Origin: Myxococcales bacterium
GTDB lineage: Bacteria > Myxococcota_A > Polyangia > Polyangiales > Ga0077539
Assembly: GCA_016793325.1 (NCBI GenBank)
Contig: JAEUKI010000087.1
Coordinates: 116,189 to 180,188 of the forward strand
Length of the DNA stretch: 64,000 nucleotides
Reading direction: 5' to 3'
Numbering within the stretch: the stretch's first letter is position 1; every line of letters begins with the position of its first letter. The notes under the pieces are model-generated. The model worked only from the letters and a program-made list of their open reading frames with translations, did no database searches and was not told the DNA's origin. Both the position numbers and the translations under genes were made by a program. Shown piece after piece: positions 36,509-46,615 of the stretch.

Positions 36509-37795
36509 CTACGCTTCGGTGTGCGTCGTGCTGCGACGCAGCGCTGGAGCGACGATGGCCGCGAGCAACAACAGGCACGCCCACACGGCGCACGAGGACA
36601 CGAGCGTCGATGTCCGGACGAGCTCGGCGGTCGATGGCGAGCGGATCGTCAGGTCGATCGCGCGCTCGAAGCAGTAGGTGACGAACACGAACGCGGTGAT
36701 CGCTCGGGGCACGCGACCCGCGCTGAGCATCAACGCGAAGACGATCATGACGTGCGTTCCCTCCCACGCGAGGGGCGAGGCGAGGACCGAGGCGATCACG
36801 AGCGCGCTCCACGCGCGCCAGCCGTGCGCGGGGCGACGTTGGGTCACGAAGAGGGCGAAGGCGCACGTCGCCGAGACGAACGCGAGCCGCGCGCACAAAG
36901 ACAGCGTCGCGGCCGTGCGCGGAGCGAGCGCGGTCCACGCCGTCGTCCATGTGTTCTCGAGCGTCGAGCGCGCGAAGAACCCAGCGATTCCCTGGTTGAG
37001 AAAATGCGCGGAGTCCGCGGTGAGCGCGTTGGTCTTCGGGAGAACTTCGGTGAACCACCGCGTGCTCTCGCCCGGCAGCGCGAGCGCGCCCACCGCCGCA
37101 GCGAGCCCCAACGTGACGAACGCCCCGAGCCACGCGCGCCCACGCTGAGCGCGCGGCATCGCGAGAAGAACAATGATCGGCGCGAGCTTGACCGCGGCCA
37201 CCGCGCCGATCAGCGCGCCGGACGCCCACGGACGCGTGCGCCGAAGCGTCCATGCGAGGGCGACCGCGAGCAGCACATAGTGATTGATCTGACCGACGAA
37301 GAAGCAGAACACGCTCGGCGTCGCGCCGATGAGCAACGCCGCGAGCCAGGGACGGTGCCTCGCGCCGAGCAGCCACAGCGTCGCGCAGTAGGCGACGAAG
37401 AGCCCGACGCTCCAGAGGGCAAACGCGACGCGAGGAGCGAGCACAGTCAGCGGCGCGATCGCGAGCGCGAACCACGGGGGGTAGATGAAGTCGCTCCCTG
37501 GCCGAAAGGCGACGGAGGCCTCGCGCGCGAGAGACTCGGCGAGCGCGACGTCGTACGGCGAAGCGCCGCGGCGCACGGCGACTCCCGCGAAGTAGAAGTC
37601 GTAGAAATCCAGCCCCGAAAACGCAGCGGAGCCGGGCCATCGCAGCGCGTGAACGCTCGTGACGACCGCCGCGAGCACGAGCGACAGCAAGACGAAGAGC
37701 GCGAACGGCGCGGGCGGGATTCGCGTGACGGACGTCGTCGTCGTACGCGTGGCTTCAGCGATTGGAGGCATCGATGGCGGACTCGAGTCCTGCAT
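36509..37795 (-). CDS. polytopic membrane glycosyltransferase (GT87/DUF2029-like)
   Basis: Trimmed to aa17 (MQDSSPP). About 10 TM helices. The early loop DFYDFYFAGVAVRRGASPY and the AAVKLAPI motif are typical of DUF2029 mannosyltransferase-like proteins. Confidence 0.7.
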   Translation of the reverse strand: MQDSSPPSMPPIAEATRTTTTSVTRIPPAPFALFVLLSLVLAAVVTSVHALRWPGSAAFSGLDFYDFYFAGVAVRRGASPYDVALAESLAREASVAFRPGSDFIYPPWFALAIAPLTVLAPRVAFALWSVGLFVAYCATLWLLGARHRPWLAALLIGATPSVFCFFVGQINHYVLLAVALAWTLRRTRPWASGALIGAVAAVKLAPIIVLLAMPRAQRGRAWLGAFVTLGLAAAVGALALPGESTRWFTEVLPKTNALTADSAHFLNQGIAGFFARSTLENTWTTAWTALAPRTAATLSLCARLAFVSATCAFALFVTQRRPAHGWRAWSALVIASVLASPLAWEGTHVMIVFALMLSAGRVPRAITAFVFVTYCFERAIDLTIRSPSTAELVRTSTLVSSCAVWACLLLLAAIVAPALRRSTTHTEA

Positions 37796-37947
37796 TGTCG
37801 ACGCGCGCAGCGCCGCGAGACCACGGAAAACAACCGGTCGCACGGCGCCGTTGCGGTCGATTGCAGGCTTCGCGAGGACCGGTACGATACCGGCGTCGTT
37901 CGTGGCGCACGGTCGCGCGCGACGACGAACAACGCGAGGAGGGCTTC

Positions 37948-38397
37948 ATGTATCAGCAGCCAGGTCCATTCGTGCCGCAAGGGCAGGGCGGGCAACTACC
38001 GCCGGGTTACCGAGTTCCGGTTCCGCAGTCGGACTACCAGTTCAACGAGCTCGAGTGCTCAGTGATCAGCGAGCTGTCGGACAACGCCGGGTTCTTCGGG
38101 GGCGTGGCGCTGGTGTTCGGCGTCGTCGGGACGCTCGGATCGTTCTTCTCGCTCGTGTCGGGACAGGGAAAGACCTCGGGCCTCGTGTCGGTCGTCGGGC
38201 TGCTCGTGCAGGGGATCTTCGCTCGAAGCGCGTCACAAAGTTTCAAGTCGGTGCTCACCTCGACCAGCGGTCACATTCACGGAACGCTCGACGCGCTTCA
38301 GTCCCTGAACCGTTTCTACCTGACGATGTGCGTCGTCGGTGGACTCAACGTCCTGGTCTCGTTGTTCAACGCCGCGCGCTTGATGACCTCGGGCTGA
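37948..38397 (+). CDS. membrane protein, paralogue A
   Basis: ATG at aa63 with GAGGAG upstream. P/Q/G-rich N-terminus, YQFNELE motif, hydrophobic helices, then a conserved amphipathic segment. Confidence 0.65.
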   Translation: MYQQPGPFVPQGQGGQLPPGYRVPVPQSDYQFNELECSVISELSDNAGFFGGVALVFGVVGTLGSFFSLVSGQGKTSGLVSVVGLLVQGIFARSASQSFKSVLTSTSGHIHGTLDALQSLNRFYLTMCVVGGLNVLVSLFNAARLMTSG

Positions 38398-38428
38398 GCG
38401 CCCCGACCCTTCGAGGAGCAACACAGCA

Positions 38429-38920
38429 ATGTACCCACCAGGACAGGATGGATCCTTCGGCGCGCCGACGCAGTCGCAAGGCAGTGTTTGGGGCCCGACC
38501 CAGGGCAACTACGAGTTCAACGAACAAGAGAACCAGGTCATCGCGAAGCTCGCGACGACGACCAAGATCAACGGGATCATTCAAGCCCTCTCGTTCGGCG
38601 CTGCCGTCGTCACGCTGTTGGCGATTCTTTCGCGGGCGGGCAACTCGGGCATGGCAGCGGCGCAGGCAGGCGGCGGTCTCATCGGGCTCGCCATCGCCGG
38701 GTTCTTCAGCTTCTTCGTGATGATCTCGATGTTTCGCTCGTCCGCGGCGCTTCAGCGCGTCGTCGACACGCAGGGCAACGACATCGGCAACCTGATCGAA
38801 GCGCTCGCTCACCAGCGCTCGTTCTTCGGGATGATGAAGTGGCTCATGGTGGCCGCGATCGGCCTCGTCGCCCTCGCGTGCGTCGCGGGAATGCTCTTCG
38901 CTGGCAGCCTCGGGACGTAG
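38429..38920 (+). CDS. membrane protein, paralogue B
   Basis: Same architecture as the upstream gene: P/Q/G-rich N-terminus, YEFNEQE motif, TM helices, and FRSSAALQRVVDTQGNDIGNLIEAL. Confidence 0.7.
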   Translation: MYPPGQDGSFGAPTQSQGSVWGPTQGNYEFNEQENQVIAKLATTTKINGIIQALSFGAAVVTLLAILSRAGNSGMAAAQAGGGLIGLAIAGFFSFFVMISMFRSSAALQRVVDTQGNDIGNLIEALAHQRSFFGMMKWLMVAAIGLVALACVAGMLFAGSLGT

Positions 38921-38970
38921 CCCCCGCGCCGACGCAGCGATCGACCGCGATCCCCCCTTTCGGTCGTCGC

Positions 38971-41577
38971 TCAGAACTCGGCGGCGCCGACGTCGTGGCC
39001 CGCGCCGCGAGGACGCGCTGTTCCGAAGAAGTCGATCGACGGGGCCCCTGCGCTCGTGCCGCGGTTGATGCACATCGAGCCCATCTGGAGGCGCAGGTTC
39101 GTCGCGCTCACGAAGAGCGGGTCGACCGAGAGCGTCGCGGACGCGGTCGGCGCGCCGACGAGCATGTCGACCGCGGCGACGGTGCTCAGCGCCGTCGTGT
39201 TCTCGTCGAAGTACAGCGTGTCGCCTGCCGCCTGAAAGTGGAGGTCGTTGTTTTCGACGAGGCGCAGGTCTGCGAGGCGATGACCCTCGGCGATGGCCGC
39301 GCGCGTCGTGCACCGACCCGGATGAACGATGTTGTTTCGAAGCACGCCTCGCGCGCCGGGCGGGGCCGAGTCGTTCGCTTCGACCGCGATTCCTCGGCTC
39401 GTGCACATCGGTCCCACGGTCAGCGGTCCCTCGCCGAAGATGTCGTTCGAGTGGAGGTCGGGCTCGGCGAGGCCCGTGCTCACGATCCGCACGCCGTCGG
39501 TGCGGGCCGGGGGCGCTGCAGAGCCACCACTATTCAAGCAGCGCGAGCCGTAGATGACGTTGTTCTCGACGCGGGCTGCGCTGTTGGTGAGCTGCAAGCC
39601 GACGCCGAGCGTCCGCGCGCAGCCCGCCTCGATCGTGTTGCGCGCGATCACGGGGTTGGCGCTCTCGATCGTCACGCCGAACGCGTTGACGCCGCTCTGA
39701 CCGGTGATCGTCGTGTTGCCTTCGATCCGCACGCACGACCCGCGCTCGCAGCGCACGCCCGTCGCGTTCGGCGGAAACCCTCCGCCAGCGCCCTGAATCG
39801 CGTTGTTGTTGAGCACGGTGCAGCGGCTCGCGACGCCGCCGGCGTTCGCCGCGCACAGCACGCCGTTCGCGTCGTTGTTCGCGCTCTCGATGCCGCCGAC
39901 GATCCGCGTGTTGCCGGCGATCACCGCGTGGCACGCGCCCACAGCGCGGACGCCGTCTGCGCGCGCGCCCATCACCGGCGAGTTTCCTGCGATCAGCGAG
40001 TTGTTGCTGACGAGCGGCGACGCGCCGCCGCAGTCTTCGGCCCACACGCCGACGGAGTTTCGTGTGCCGCCCACGGACGTGACGTTGTTCTGACGGATCT
40101 GCACGCCGGTCGCGTCGTTGACGATGCGGACCGCCGCGGCGCTGGTCGCTGCGCCCGAGCAGATCGCGCTTCGCTCGATGATCGAGTTGGGGCTGTTGTC
40201 GAGCGAGACGCCGAAGGACTCGAGCGTCGCGGGCGTCGAGCTCGTGCGACCGCGGATCCCGCGCATCGTTCCGCACGCGCCGGTCTGGCACTGTCCTGTG
40301 CTCGTGAAGGTCGCGCAGCTCCCGGTCACGAGCACCGTCGCGCCCGTCGCTCGAACACCGGCGCTCGAGCGCGTCGCGTCGTTGCCGCCCGTGATGTTGT
40401 TGTTGGACAGCGTGACGACGGGGCGCGCGAGTCCGGGCATCGCGGTGATCACCACGCCGTTCGAGTCGACGCTCCCGCGGCCGTTGATCACGTTGTTCGA
40501 CACGAAGACGTTCGTCGCGCCCGCGACGGTGATGGCCGTCGCGAGCATGCCCGTCGCGCTGTTGACGGTGAATCCATCGAGCACCGTCGCGCTCACCACC
40601 GTCGAGGGAAAGCTCACGCCCGCCGGAGCCATCGACGTGATGGTCGTGAGCGATCCGGTGCGCATCCACGTCGCTCCGCCGGTGACGTAGCCGCCGCGTA
40701 CGGAGATCCCGTTGCGCATGGTGAGGTCTTCTGTGTACGTGCCCTGCGCGACGCAGACGGACGTCGGAAGGCCCATCGCGCCAGCGCGAGCGATCGCAGT
40801 CTGAATGTTGCGGAAGGGCGCCATCGCGCTGCCAGTCCCCGTCGTGTCGCTGCCGCTCGTCGCGACGTGAACGCACGCGCACCCATCGTCGACGACGCCG
40901 TTGCAGTCGTCGTCCATCATGTTGCCGCACATCTCGGCCGCCGCCGGCGCCGCCGGAACACACGCGTTCGGCGCGCCCATCGCGCACGCCGCGACCGTGC
41001 GTCGACACGCTCCGACGCCGCACGCGATCTGCGGGAGGTTGTCGACCATCCCGTCGCAGTTGTCGTCGACGCCGTTGCACGCCTCGGCCGTGGGTGTGAT
41101 TTCGCCTGTGCAAACGCCGAGCATTCCGCCGATGCACATCCGAACGCCCGCCCGACAGACGCCCATGCCCGACGTCCCCATCGCGCCCGAATAGCAGCTC
41201 TGCGGCGCGCACGCGGCGGCGTCCGCGGCGACATCGACGGGCGTCGGGCGGTCGTTTGCGACGTCCGCCGGGACGCCCGAGTCCGTCGCGACGCCCGAGT
41301 CCATCGCGACGCCTGCGTCTGGATCGACGCCCGAATCGACGGCGCTGCTGTCGTCCGCGTCGACCGTGGCTCCATCGCCAGGGTCGCTGTCCGCGGTCGT
41401 TCCGTCCGTCATCGCGTCGGACGACGACCCGTCTTGCGCTGCGGAGTCCGCTCGAGTTCCATCCCCGCCCTCTGCGCCCCCGTCGCTCGGCGTGCTCGGC
41501 GCCGAACACGCTGCGAACGCCGCGCCGAGCGCGGCAACAGTGAACCACTGACCGATCGAAGTGCTGCTTCTGATCAC
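38971..41577 (-). CDS. secreted right-handed beta-helix repeat protein with two MopE-type Cys-rich modules
   Basis: GTG at aa31 preceded by GGAGGGAG. Signal WFTVAALGAAFAAC. Modules CNGVDDNCDGMVDN and CGNMMDDDCNGVVDDGC. Long N/G/T/V-rich beta-helix repeats. C-terminal GAGHDVGAAEF. Confidence 0.85.
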   Translation of the reverse strand: MIRSSTSIGQWFTVAALGAAFAACSAPSTPSDGGAEGGDGTRADSAAQDGSSSDAMTDGTTADSDPGDGATVDADDSSAVDSGVDPDAGVAMDSGVATDSGVPADVANDRPTPVDVAADAAACAPQSCYSGAMGTSGMGVCRAGVRMCIGGMLGVCTGEITPTAEACNGVDDNCDGMVDNLPQIACGVGACRRTVAACAMGAPNACVPAAPAAAEMCGNMMDDDCNGVVDDGCACVHVATSGSDTTGTGSAMAPFRNIQTAIARAGAMGLPTSVCVAQGTYTEDLTMRNGISVRGGYVTGGATWMRTGSLTTITSMAPAGVSFPSTVVSATVLDGFTVNSATGMLATAITVAGATNVFVSNNVINGRGSVDSNGVVITAMPGLARPVVTLSNNNITGGNDATRSSAGVRATGATVLVTGSCATFTSTGQCQTGACGTMRGIRGRTSSTPATLESFGVSLDNSPNSIIERSAICSGAATSAAAVRIVNDATGVQIRQNNVTSVGGTRNSVGVWAEDCGGASPLVSNNSLIAGNSPVMGARADGVRAVGACHAVIAGNTRIVGGIESANNDANGVLCAANAGGVASRCTVLNNNAIQGAGGGFPPNATGVRCERGSCVRIEGNTTITGQSGVNAFGVTIESANPVIARNTIEAGCARTLGVGLQLTNSAARVENNVIYGSRCLNSGGSAAPPARTDGVRIVSTGLAEPDLHSNDIFGEGPLTVGPMCTSRGIAVEANDSAPPGARGVLRNNIVHPGRCTTRAAIAEGHRLADLRLVENNDLHFQAAGDTLYFDENTTALSTVAAVDMLVGAPTASATLSVDPLFVSATNLRLQMGSMCINRGTSAGAPSIDFFGTARPRGAGHDVGAAEF

Positions 41578-41869
41578 GGAATGTCTCCCTCCGTGCGAGT
41601 AAAGAAGAATGGGAACCTCGCCCGCTCTGCAACGCGCGAACCTCGCGTGAGCGAAGCGCGCTCGCACAAAATTGCCCCGTGATTCCCAGCGATCGCGTCG
41701 GCGCAGTGTTTTGTGTAGCTACGAACGTTGTTGCGACCCACGCAACGATTGCGAACGACGACGAACGTCGACCTCGCGTCCGCGCGAACTTGGTTTGATG
41801 GGCGTGCAATCGCGCACGCGCGTTCGAGCCCAGTCGGCGCGCGTCGCGCGCGGTGTAGAATCGCGCACG

Positions 41870-42991
41870 ATGTCGAAGCAACGTGCTCCTTCACTTCGCG
41901 TGGGCTGCGCCGACCGCCGCGGCCTCGCGCTCGTCACGATCGGCGCGATCGCGGTGGCAGCCTGTGGTGGTGGCGGGACCGCGATGGACTCGGGCGTCGG
42001 CGATGGATCGCAGGCGGACACGGGCGTGTCGACGACGTCGGACGTTTTGCCGATGCCCACGGATGGCAGCAATCCGCCAGGCGGATCGCCGATGATCGCG
42101 GGCTGTCGGATCCTTCCTGCGGCGCACCCGCTCAACGCAGACGTGTCGCGCGCGCCGTTGCATCCGCGCTCGGCTGCGTACATCGCCGCGATGAACCCGA
42201 CGCGCGCGCTGCACGCCGACTGGGGCGACTGGAGCACGGATCACTACGGAATCCCGTGGCAGACCGGGACCGGGTCGCCGCCGGTCGCGCTTCGGTGGAG
42301 CACGAGCTGGGGTCCGCGCGAGAGCGAGCGACGGCCGTGTGCAGGAAGCGAGTTCTGCTACCCGATCCCCACCACGGCGCGCATCGAAGGCGGGCCCGCT
42401 GCGGCGAGCGGCGCGGACCGTCACGTGCTCTACATCGACACCGCGGGAGCGCCGGACAACTGCACGCTCTACGAGCTCTACAACGCGCAGAACTTCACGG
42501 CCGCGCCGTGGGTCGCCGCGAACGGCGCGATCTTTCCGCTCGGAACAACGATGCTCCGGCCCGACCAATGGACGAGCGCCGACGCCGCGGGGCTGCCGAT
42601 CCTCCCGACGCTCGTCCGCGTCGAAGAGGTGATGGCCGGCGAGATCAACCACGCCATTCGCTTCACGATGGCTCGCACCGCGCGAGAGTTCATCCACCCA
42701 GCGACGCACGCCGCCGGAACGAACGGCGCAGATCTGCCTCCGATGGGCCTTCGACTTCGCCTCCGCGCGTCGTTCGACGAGTCCCGGATGCCCGCGAGCG
42801 CGCAGGTGATCGTCCGCGCGATGAAGCGCTTCGGGTTGATCCTCGCGGACAACGGCTCGGACTGGTTCATCACCGGTGACTCGGACGATCGCTGGCGGCC
42901 GCTCATCGACGACATCAACACGGCGCTTCGAAACGTCCGCGGGATGGACTTCGAGGTGGTGGACACGGGCCCGACGATTCCGCAGGGATAG
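41870..42991 (+). CDS. lipoprotein, conserved hypothetical
   Basis: Trimmed to aa67 (MSKQRAPSL...LVTIGAIAVAAC). Globular domain with HAIRFTMARTAREFIHPATHAAG. No function recognised. Confidence 0.7.
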   Translation: MSKQRAPSLRVGCADRRGLALVTIGAIAVAACGGGGTAMDSGVGDGSQADTGVSTTSDVLPMPTDGSNPPGGSPMIAGCRILPAAHPLNADVSRAPLHPRSAAYIAAMNPTRALHADWGDWSTDHYGIPWQTGTGSPPVALRWSTSWGPRESERRPCAGSEFCYPIPTTARIEGGPAAASGADRHVLYIDTAGAPDNCTLYELYNAQNFTAAPWVAANGAIFPLGTTMLRPDQWTSADAAGLPILPTLVRVEEVMAGEINHAIRFTMARTAREFIHPATHAAGTNGADLPPMGLRLRLRASFDESRMPASAQVIVRAMKRFGLILADNGSDWFITGDSDDRWRPLIDDINTALRNVRGMDFEVVDTGPTIPQG

Positions 42992-43044
42992 TCGCCGCGG
43001 TAAGCCCCGAGACGCGCGGCGGTTCTCGCGCGTACAAGGGCGTC

Positions 43045-43833
43045 ATGAGCAGTGACCGAAGCGGGCTCCATGTCCTCGTCACCGGCGCGTCGAGCGGGAT
43101 CGGCGAGGCGATCGCGAGGGCGTTTCTCGCGCGCGGCGATCGCGTGACGCTCGCGGCGCGGAGGGTCTCTCTCCTCGAGGCGCTCGCGAGAGAGCACTCC
43201 GAGCGCGCCTTCGTGTACGGCGTCGATCTCTTGCAGTGGAAGAACGCAGACGCACTCGTCGACGCCGCGCGCTCGGCGCACGGACCGATCGACGTGCTTG
43301 TGAACAACGCCGGCGTGCAGATCGTCGCGCCCACGGACGAAGACGACTTCGAGGCGGGCCTCGCGCTGCTCGCCGTCAACGTGGCCGCTCCCATGCGGCT
43401 CACCAAGCTCGTGCTCCCCGAAATGATCGCGCGCAAGCGCGGGACCATCGTGGACATCGCATCGATGGCCGCGATCGCTCCGACGCCGGGGATGTACTAC
43501 TACAACGCGTCGAAGGCGGCGCTCGCCGCGGCGAGCGAGGGGCTTCGCGCCGAGGTTCGTCCGCACGGAGTGCACGTCGTCACCGTGTATCCGGGCCCCG
43601 TGACGAGCGCGATGGAGAGCGCGGCGCGAGAGAAGTTCGAAGCGAGTCGCTCGGTCGAGAGCATCCCGACCGGCGACGCTGCGACGCTGGCGCGCATGGT
43701 CGTGCGCGCGGTCGATCACAAGCGGGCGCGGGTGATCTATCCGCGCGTCTACGGGATCGCGAGGCATTTTCCAAACGTCACGCGGTGGGTCGTGGACGCG
43801 ACGACGCCCGCGCTGAAGCGCTCACGGGGCTGA
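43045..43833 (+). CDS. short-chain dehydrogenase/reductase
   Basis: Motifs: TGASSGIG, NNAG, YNASKAAL. Confidence 0.9.
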   Translation: MSSDRSGLHVLVTGASSGIGEAIARAFLARGDRVTLAARRVSLLEALAREHSERAFVYGVDLLQWKNADALVDAARSAHGPIDVLVNNAGVQIVAPTDEDDFEAGLALLAVNVAAPMRLTKLVLPEMIARKRGTIVDIASMAAIAPTPGMYYYNASKAALAAASEGLRAEVRPHGVHVVTVYPGPVTSAMESAAREKFEASRSVESIPTGDAATLARMVVRAVDHKRARVIYPRVYGIARHFPNVTRWVVDATTPALKRSRG

Positions 43834-43862
43834 CGCGAGCCGATCTCGGCGCTTCGACGCCG

Positions 43863-44876
43863 TCACACAGCGATCGCAGACGGGGGCTTCACGTCGAGCT
43901 CGGACATCGCGTTGCGTGCGGTCGTGCTCACGCGGTACGCGGCGTTGCGCGCGCGCATGATCGACCCGAGCGGACGATGTTCGACGAGCGCATGCCAAGG
44001 GTCGAAGCTCATCGCTTCGCACGTCTCCGCGAGCTTCTTTCCGCGGGCGCTCTCGGTGTCCTGCGCAGGGAGCTCGATGCGCGCGACCTCGACGAAGGGC
44101 GAGACGGACTCGAGCCACTCGACCGAGCCGTCTTCGATGGGAGTGTGGACCTCGTCGACGAACAGCTGCGCCTCGACGACGAACGTGAGCGGCGCGGATC
44201 GCACACGCGCGCGAAGCGCCTCGGTCAGGCCGTGTTCACCGGAGGGAATCGTCGCGGGCGTCGACGCGACGACGGCGGGTCGAAATCGAACCTTCGCTGC
44301 GCTGTCGCCCCAGCGGATCGGGAGCGGAACATAGAACGTTCGCTCTGCGAGGCTCACGCGTCCTTTGTCTTGCGCCTTTCCGAGCGCGCCCGCGAGGCGC
44401 AGCGCGCGAAAGAACCCGACGCGTCCGATCAGGTAGCCGAGGACCGAGAGCGGTCCTTTGCGGGCGGCGCCGACGATCCCGACGAAGGTCTCGGCGTCGG
44501 GGATCGCGAAGGTGTTCGTCAGGATCGCGAGAAAATCCTGGGTCTGCGCCGCGGCGAGCGGGGCGATCACCTTGTCGCCCGCGACGCCGACGACCTTCAC
44601 GGCGATGCCGCGCACATCGGGGACGCGATCCGGTTGCGCTCTCCCTGCGCCCGACGAAAACCGCACGTAGCACTCGTACGTCCCGGGCTTCGCGAAGAGC
44701 CCTTGCGCGTGGGTCGCCGGGACGCTCGCGGACACGGTGAAGCGCCCCTCGAGCCCCACCTGCGCGTAGCGATGGAGCGTGCGCCCCTCTCCCGTGCGTC
44801 CCTCGACGAGCGTGCGCGCGAGTCGCTCGAAGAGCTCCTCTTCGCCCGGCGCGATCTTCTCTTGCCACGATGCCAT
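43863..44876 (-). CDS. catalase-related haem protein (small catalase-family)
   Basis: LHRYAQVGLEGRF (distal His region), DVRGIAVKV, and RARNAAYRVSTTAR (proximal Tyr region). 337 aa. Confidence 0.75.
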   Translation of the reverse strand: MASWQEKIAPGEEELFERLARTLVEGRTGEGRTLHRYAQVGLEGRFTVSASVPATHAQGLFAKPGTYECYVRFSSGAGRAQPDRVPDVRGIAVKVVGVAGDKVIAPLAAAQTQDFLAILTNTFAIPDAETFVGIVGAARKGPLSVLGYLIGRVGFFRALRLAGALGKAQDKGRVSLAERTFYVPLPIRWGDSAAKVRFRPAVVASTPATIPSGEHGLTEALRARVRSAPLTFVVEAQLFVDEVHTPIEDGSVEWLESVSPFVEVARIELPAQDTESARGKKLAETCEAMSFDPWHALVEHRPLGSIMRARNAAYRVSTTARNAMSELDVKPPSAIAV

Positions 44877-45001
44877 GAACGGCTCCTCTGCGCGTCGGAG
44901 CCCTGCGCTCCTTCGCGCGAGCAGGATGCGGCAAACGACGGCGACTGCCTACGCAGAAGCGCGCGCGGGCGAGCGACCCGCCGCTGCAGTATACAGTCCG
45001 C

Positions 45002-45853
45002 GTGATGCGATACACCGCTTGGAAGTCCAGCGGACAGCGGGTCCGGCTGATGGGACGAGAGGTCTTCGTGCGCGAGGCGGGCGCGGGGCCTCCGCTGCTG
45101 TTTTTTCACGGGTTTCCCACGACCAGCTACGACTGGAGCGATGTGTTCGCGGCGCTCGAGTCGAAGAACAGATGCATCGCGTTCGACTTCTGGGGCTTCG
45201 GGGACACCGACCCGCTCGACGCGTACGACTACGACAAGCAGACGGACCTCGCGCTCGCGGTCGCGAAGCACTTCGGCGTCGAGCGCGCGGTGATCGTCGC
45301 GCACGACTACGGCGTGACCGTCGCGCAAGAGCTCCTCGCGCGAAGGGCGCCCGCGCTCGCGATCGACGGCGTCGTGTTTCTCAACGGCGGAATCGACCCG
45401 CGATTGCATCGACCCATCGCGATCCAGCGGCTGCTCGCGAGTCCGCTCGGCGCGTGGGTCGGGCCGCTGCTCGTTCGCAAAGCGACGTTTCGACGCTCGA
45501 TGGCGCGCATCATCGCGGTGACCGATCGCTTCGACATCGACGAGCACTGGAGCGCCATGAGCGCGCGCGGAGCGCATCGCCGATCCCATCAACTGCTGCA
45601 CTACATCGCCGAGCGACAGTCTCGACGCGATCGATTGGTGTCGGCGTTCTCCGATCGAGCGACGCCCGTCGCGCTCGCGTGGGGAGAGCGCGACCCCGTC
45701 TCGGGCGCGCACGTCCTCGCGTGGGCCAAGGGCGCGCGTCCCGACGCCGAAGCGCTCGCGCTTCCAGTGGGACACTATCCCCAAGTCGAGTCTCCGGCGG
45801 AGGTCTCCGCGTTGATCGCGCGATTCGCAGATCGGGTTCAGCGCAGCGCGTGA
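45002..45853 (+). CDS. alpha/beta hydrolase (epoxide hydrolase/dehalogenase-like)
   Basis: LLFFHGFPTTSYDW and VIVAHDYG (Asp nucleophile elbow), plus a C-terminal His (VGHYPQVE). Confidence 0.85.
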   Translation: MMRYTAWKSSGQRVRLMGREVFVREAGAGPPLLFFHGFPTTSYDWSDVFAALESKNRCIAFDFWGFGDTDPLDAYDYDKQTDLALAVAKHFGVERAVIVAHDYGVTVAQELLARRAPALAIDGVVFLNGGIDPRLHRPIAIQRLLASPLGAWVGPLLVRKATFRRSMARIIAVTDRFDIDEHWSAMSARGAHRRSHQLLHYIAERQSRRDRLVSAFSDRATPVALAWGERDPVSGAHVLAWAKGARPDAEALALPVGHYPQVESPAEVSALIARFADRVQRSA

Positions 45854-45867
45854 GCGCGATCGCGCCG

Positions 45868-46530
45868 TCACGGCTGGCGCGTGTCACGCTGATCGTCGTC
45901 GCGTCGAAGCGCTTCTACGAGCGACGCGAAGAGCGTCGGCGTGTCGACGACCGAGTACGCGCCGTCGTCGGTCCACCGCTCAACGGGAACGGTCGCGCGC
46001 CGCGCCGGCTCCTCGATCGTCTCGAATCCGTCAGCTTCGAGGTCGAGCACGACGAGGTTGGCTCGGCAGCGCTCGCCGAGCGTCGCGAATGTCTGCCGTA
46101 TCGACGGCGAGCTTCGAAACAAAACGCTCATGCCCGACGTCGCCGCTGTGAACGTCATCCGCGAAATCGTGGGAGTCCGATGAATCGTCGCGTACACGTA
46201 TCCGATGCCTAGGTAGTCTTTGGGTTGGCCGTTCGAGCGCTGGTACTCGAGGATCACGTCGTCGGCCTCGAAGTACGCGACGAGCTCGAGCTCTTGATCG
46301 CCCGCGTCGTTTTGCGACACGACGACACGACGACCGCGCCCGAAACCCGCGGTGCACGGCAGCGTGAACACAGCCCCGTCGATCACGATGTGCGTGCGGC
46401 GAGGCCCTGCGTTCGGGGTGGCGCTTTCGAGGTACTCGTCTTTGGACTCGAGCAACGGGCTCAGCGCGACGAGCAGCGCGGGCAGCGCGTCGTCGGGCAG
46501 AAAGATGTTGTACTCATATCGAAGTCCCAT
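45868..46530 (-). CDS. hypothetical protein
   Basis: Clean 220-aa ORF with balanced composition (MGLRYEYNIFLPDDALPALL...). No motif recognised. Confidence 0.65.
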   Translation of the reverse strand: MGLRYEYNIFLPDDALPALLVALSPLLESKDEYLESATPNAGPRRTHIVIDGAVFTLPCTAGFGRGRRVVVSQNDAGDQELELVAYFEADDVILEYQRSNGQPKDYLGIGYVYATIHRTPTISRMTFTAATSGMSVLFRSSPSIRQTFATLGERCRANLVVLDLEADGFETIEEPARRATVPVERWTDDGAYSVVDTPTLFASLVEALRRDDDQRDTRQP

Positions 46531-46615
46531 GACGGGAATCTAGCGGACCGCGCTTCGAACGACACTCGTCGGCGGGTTGACATTCGATCGCGTGTCCGTT
46601 CCGATTCGGCGCACC

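Noticed and set aside
38488-41881. 1,064-aa plus-strand ORF (38488..41682) and 783-aa minus-strand ORF (39530..41881) over the beta-helix gene
   Set aside because: These are alternative frames of the 38971..41577 gene. Both are Arg-rich. Only the chosen frame has a signal peptide, Cys modules and beta-helix repeats.
43236-45871. 589-aa plus-strand (43236..45005) and 424-aa minus-strand (44597..45871) ORFs
   Set aside because: They are off-frame or antisense to the SDR, catalase-related and alpha/beta hydrolase genes, all of which have diagnostic motifs.
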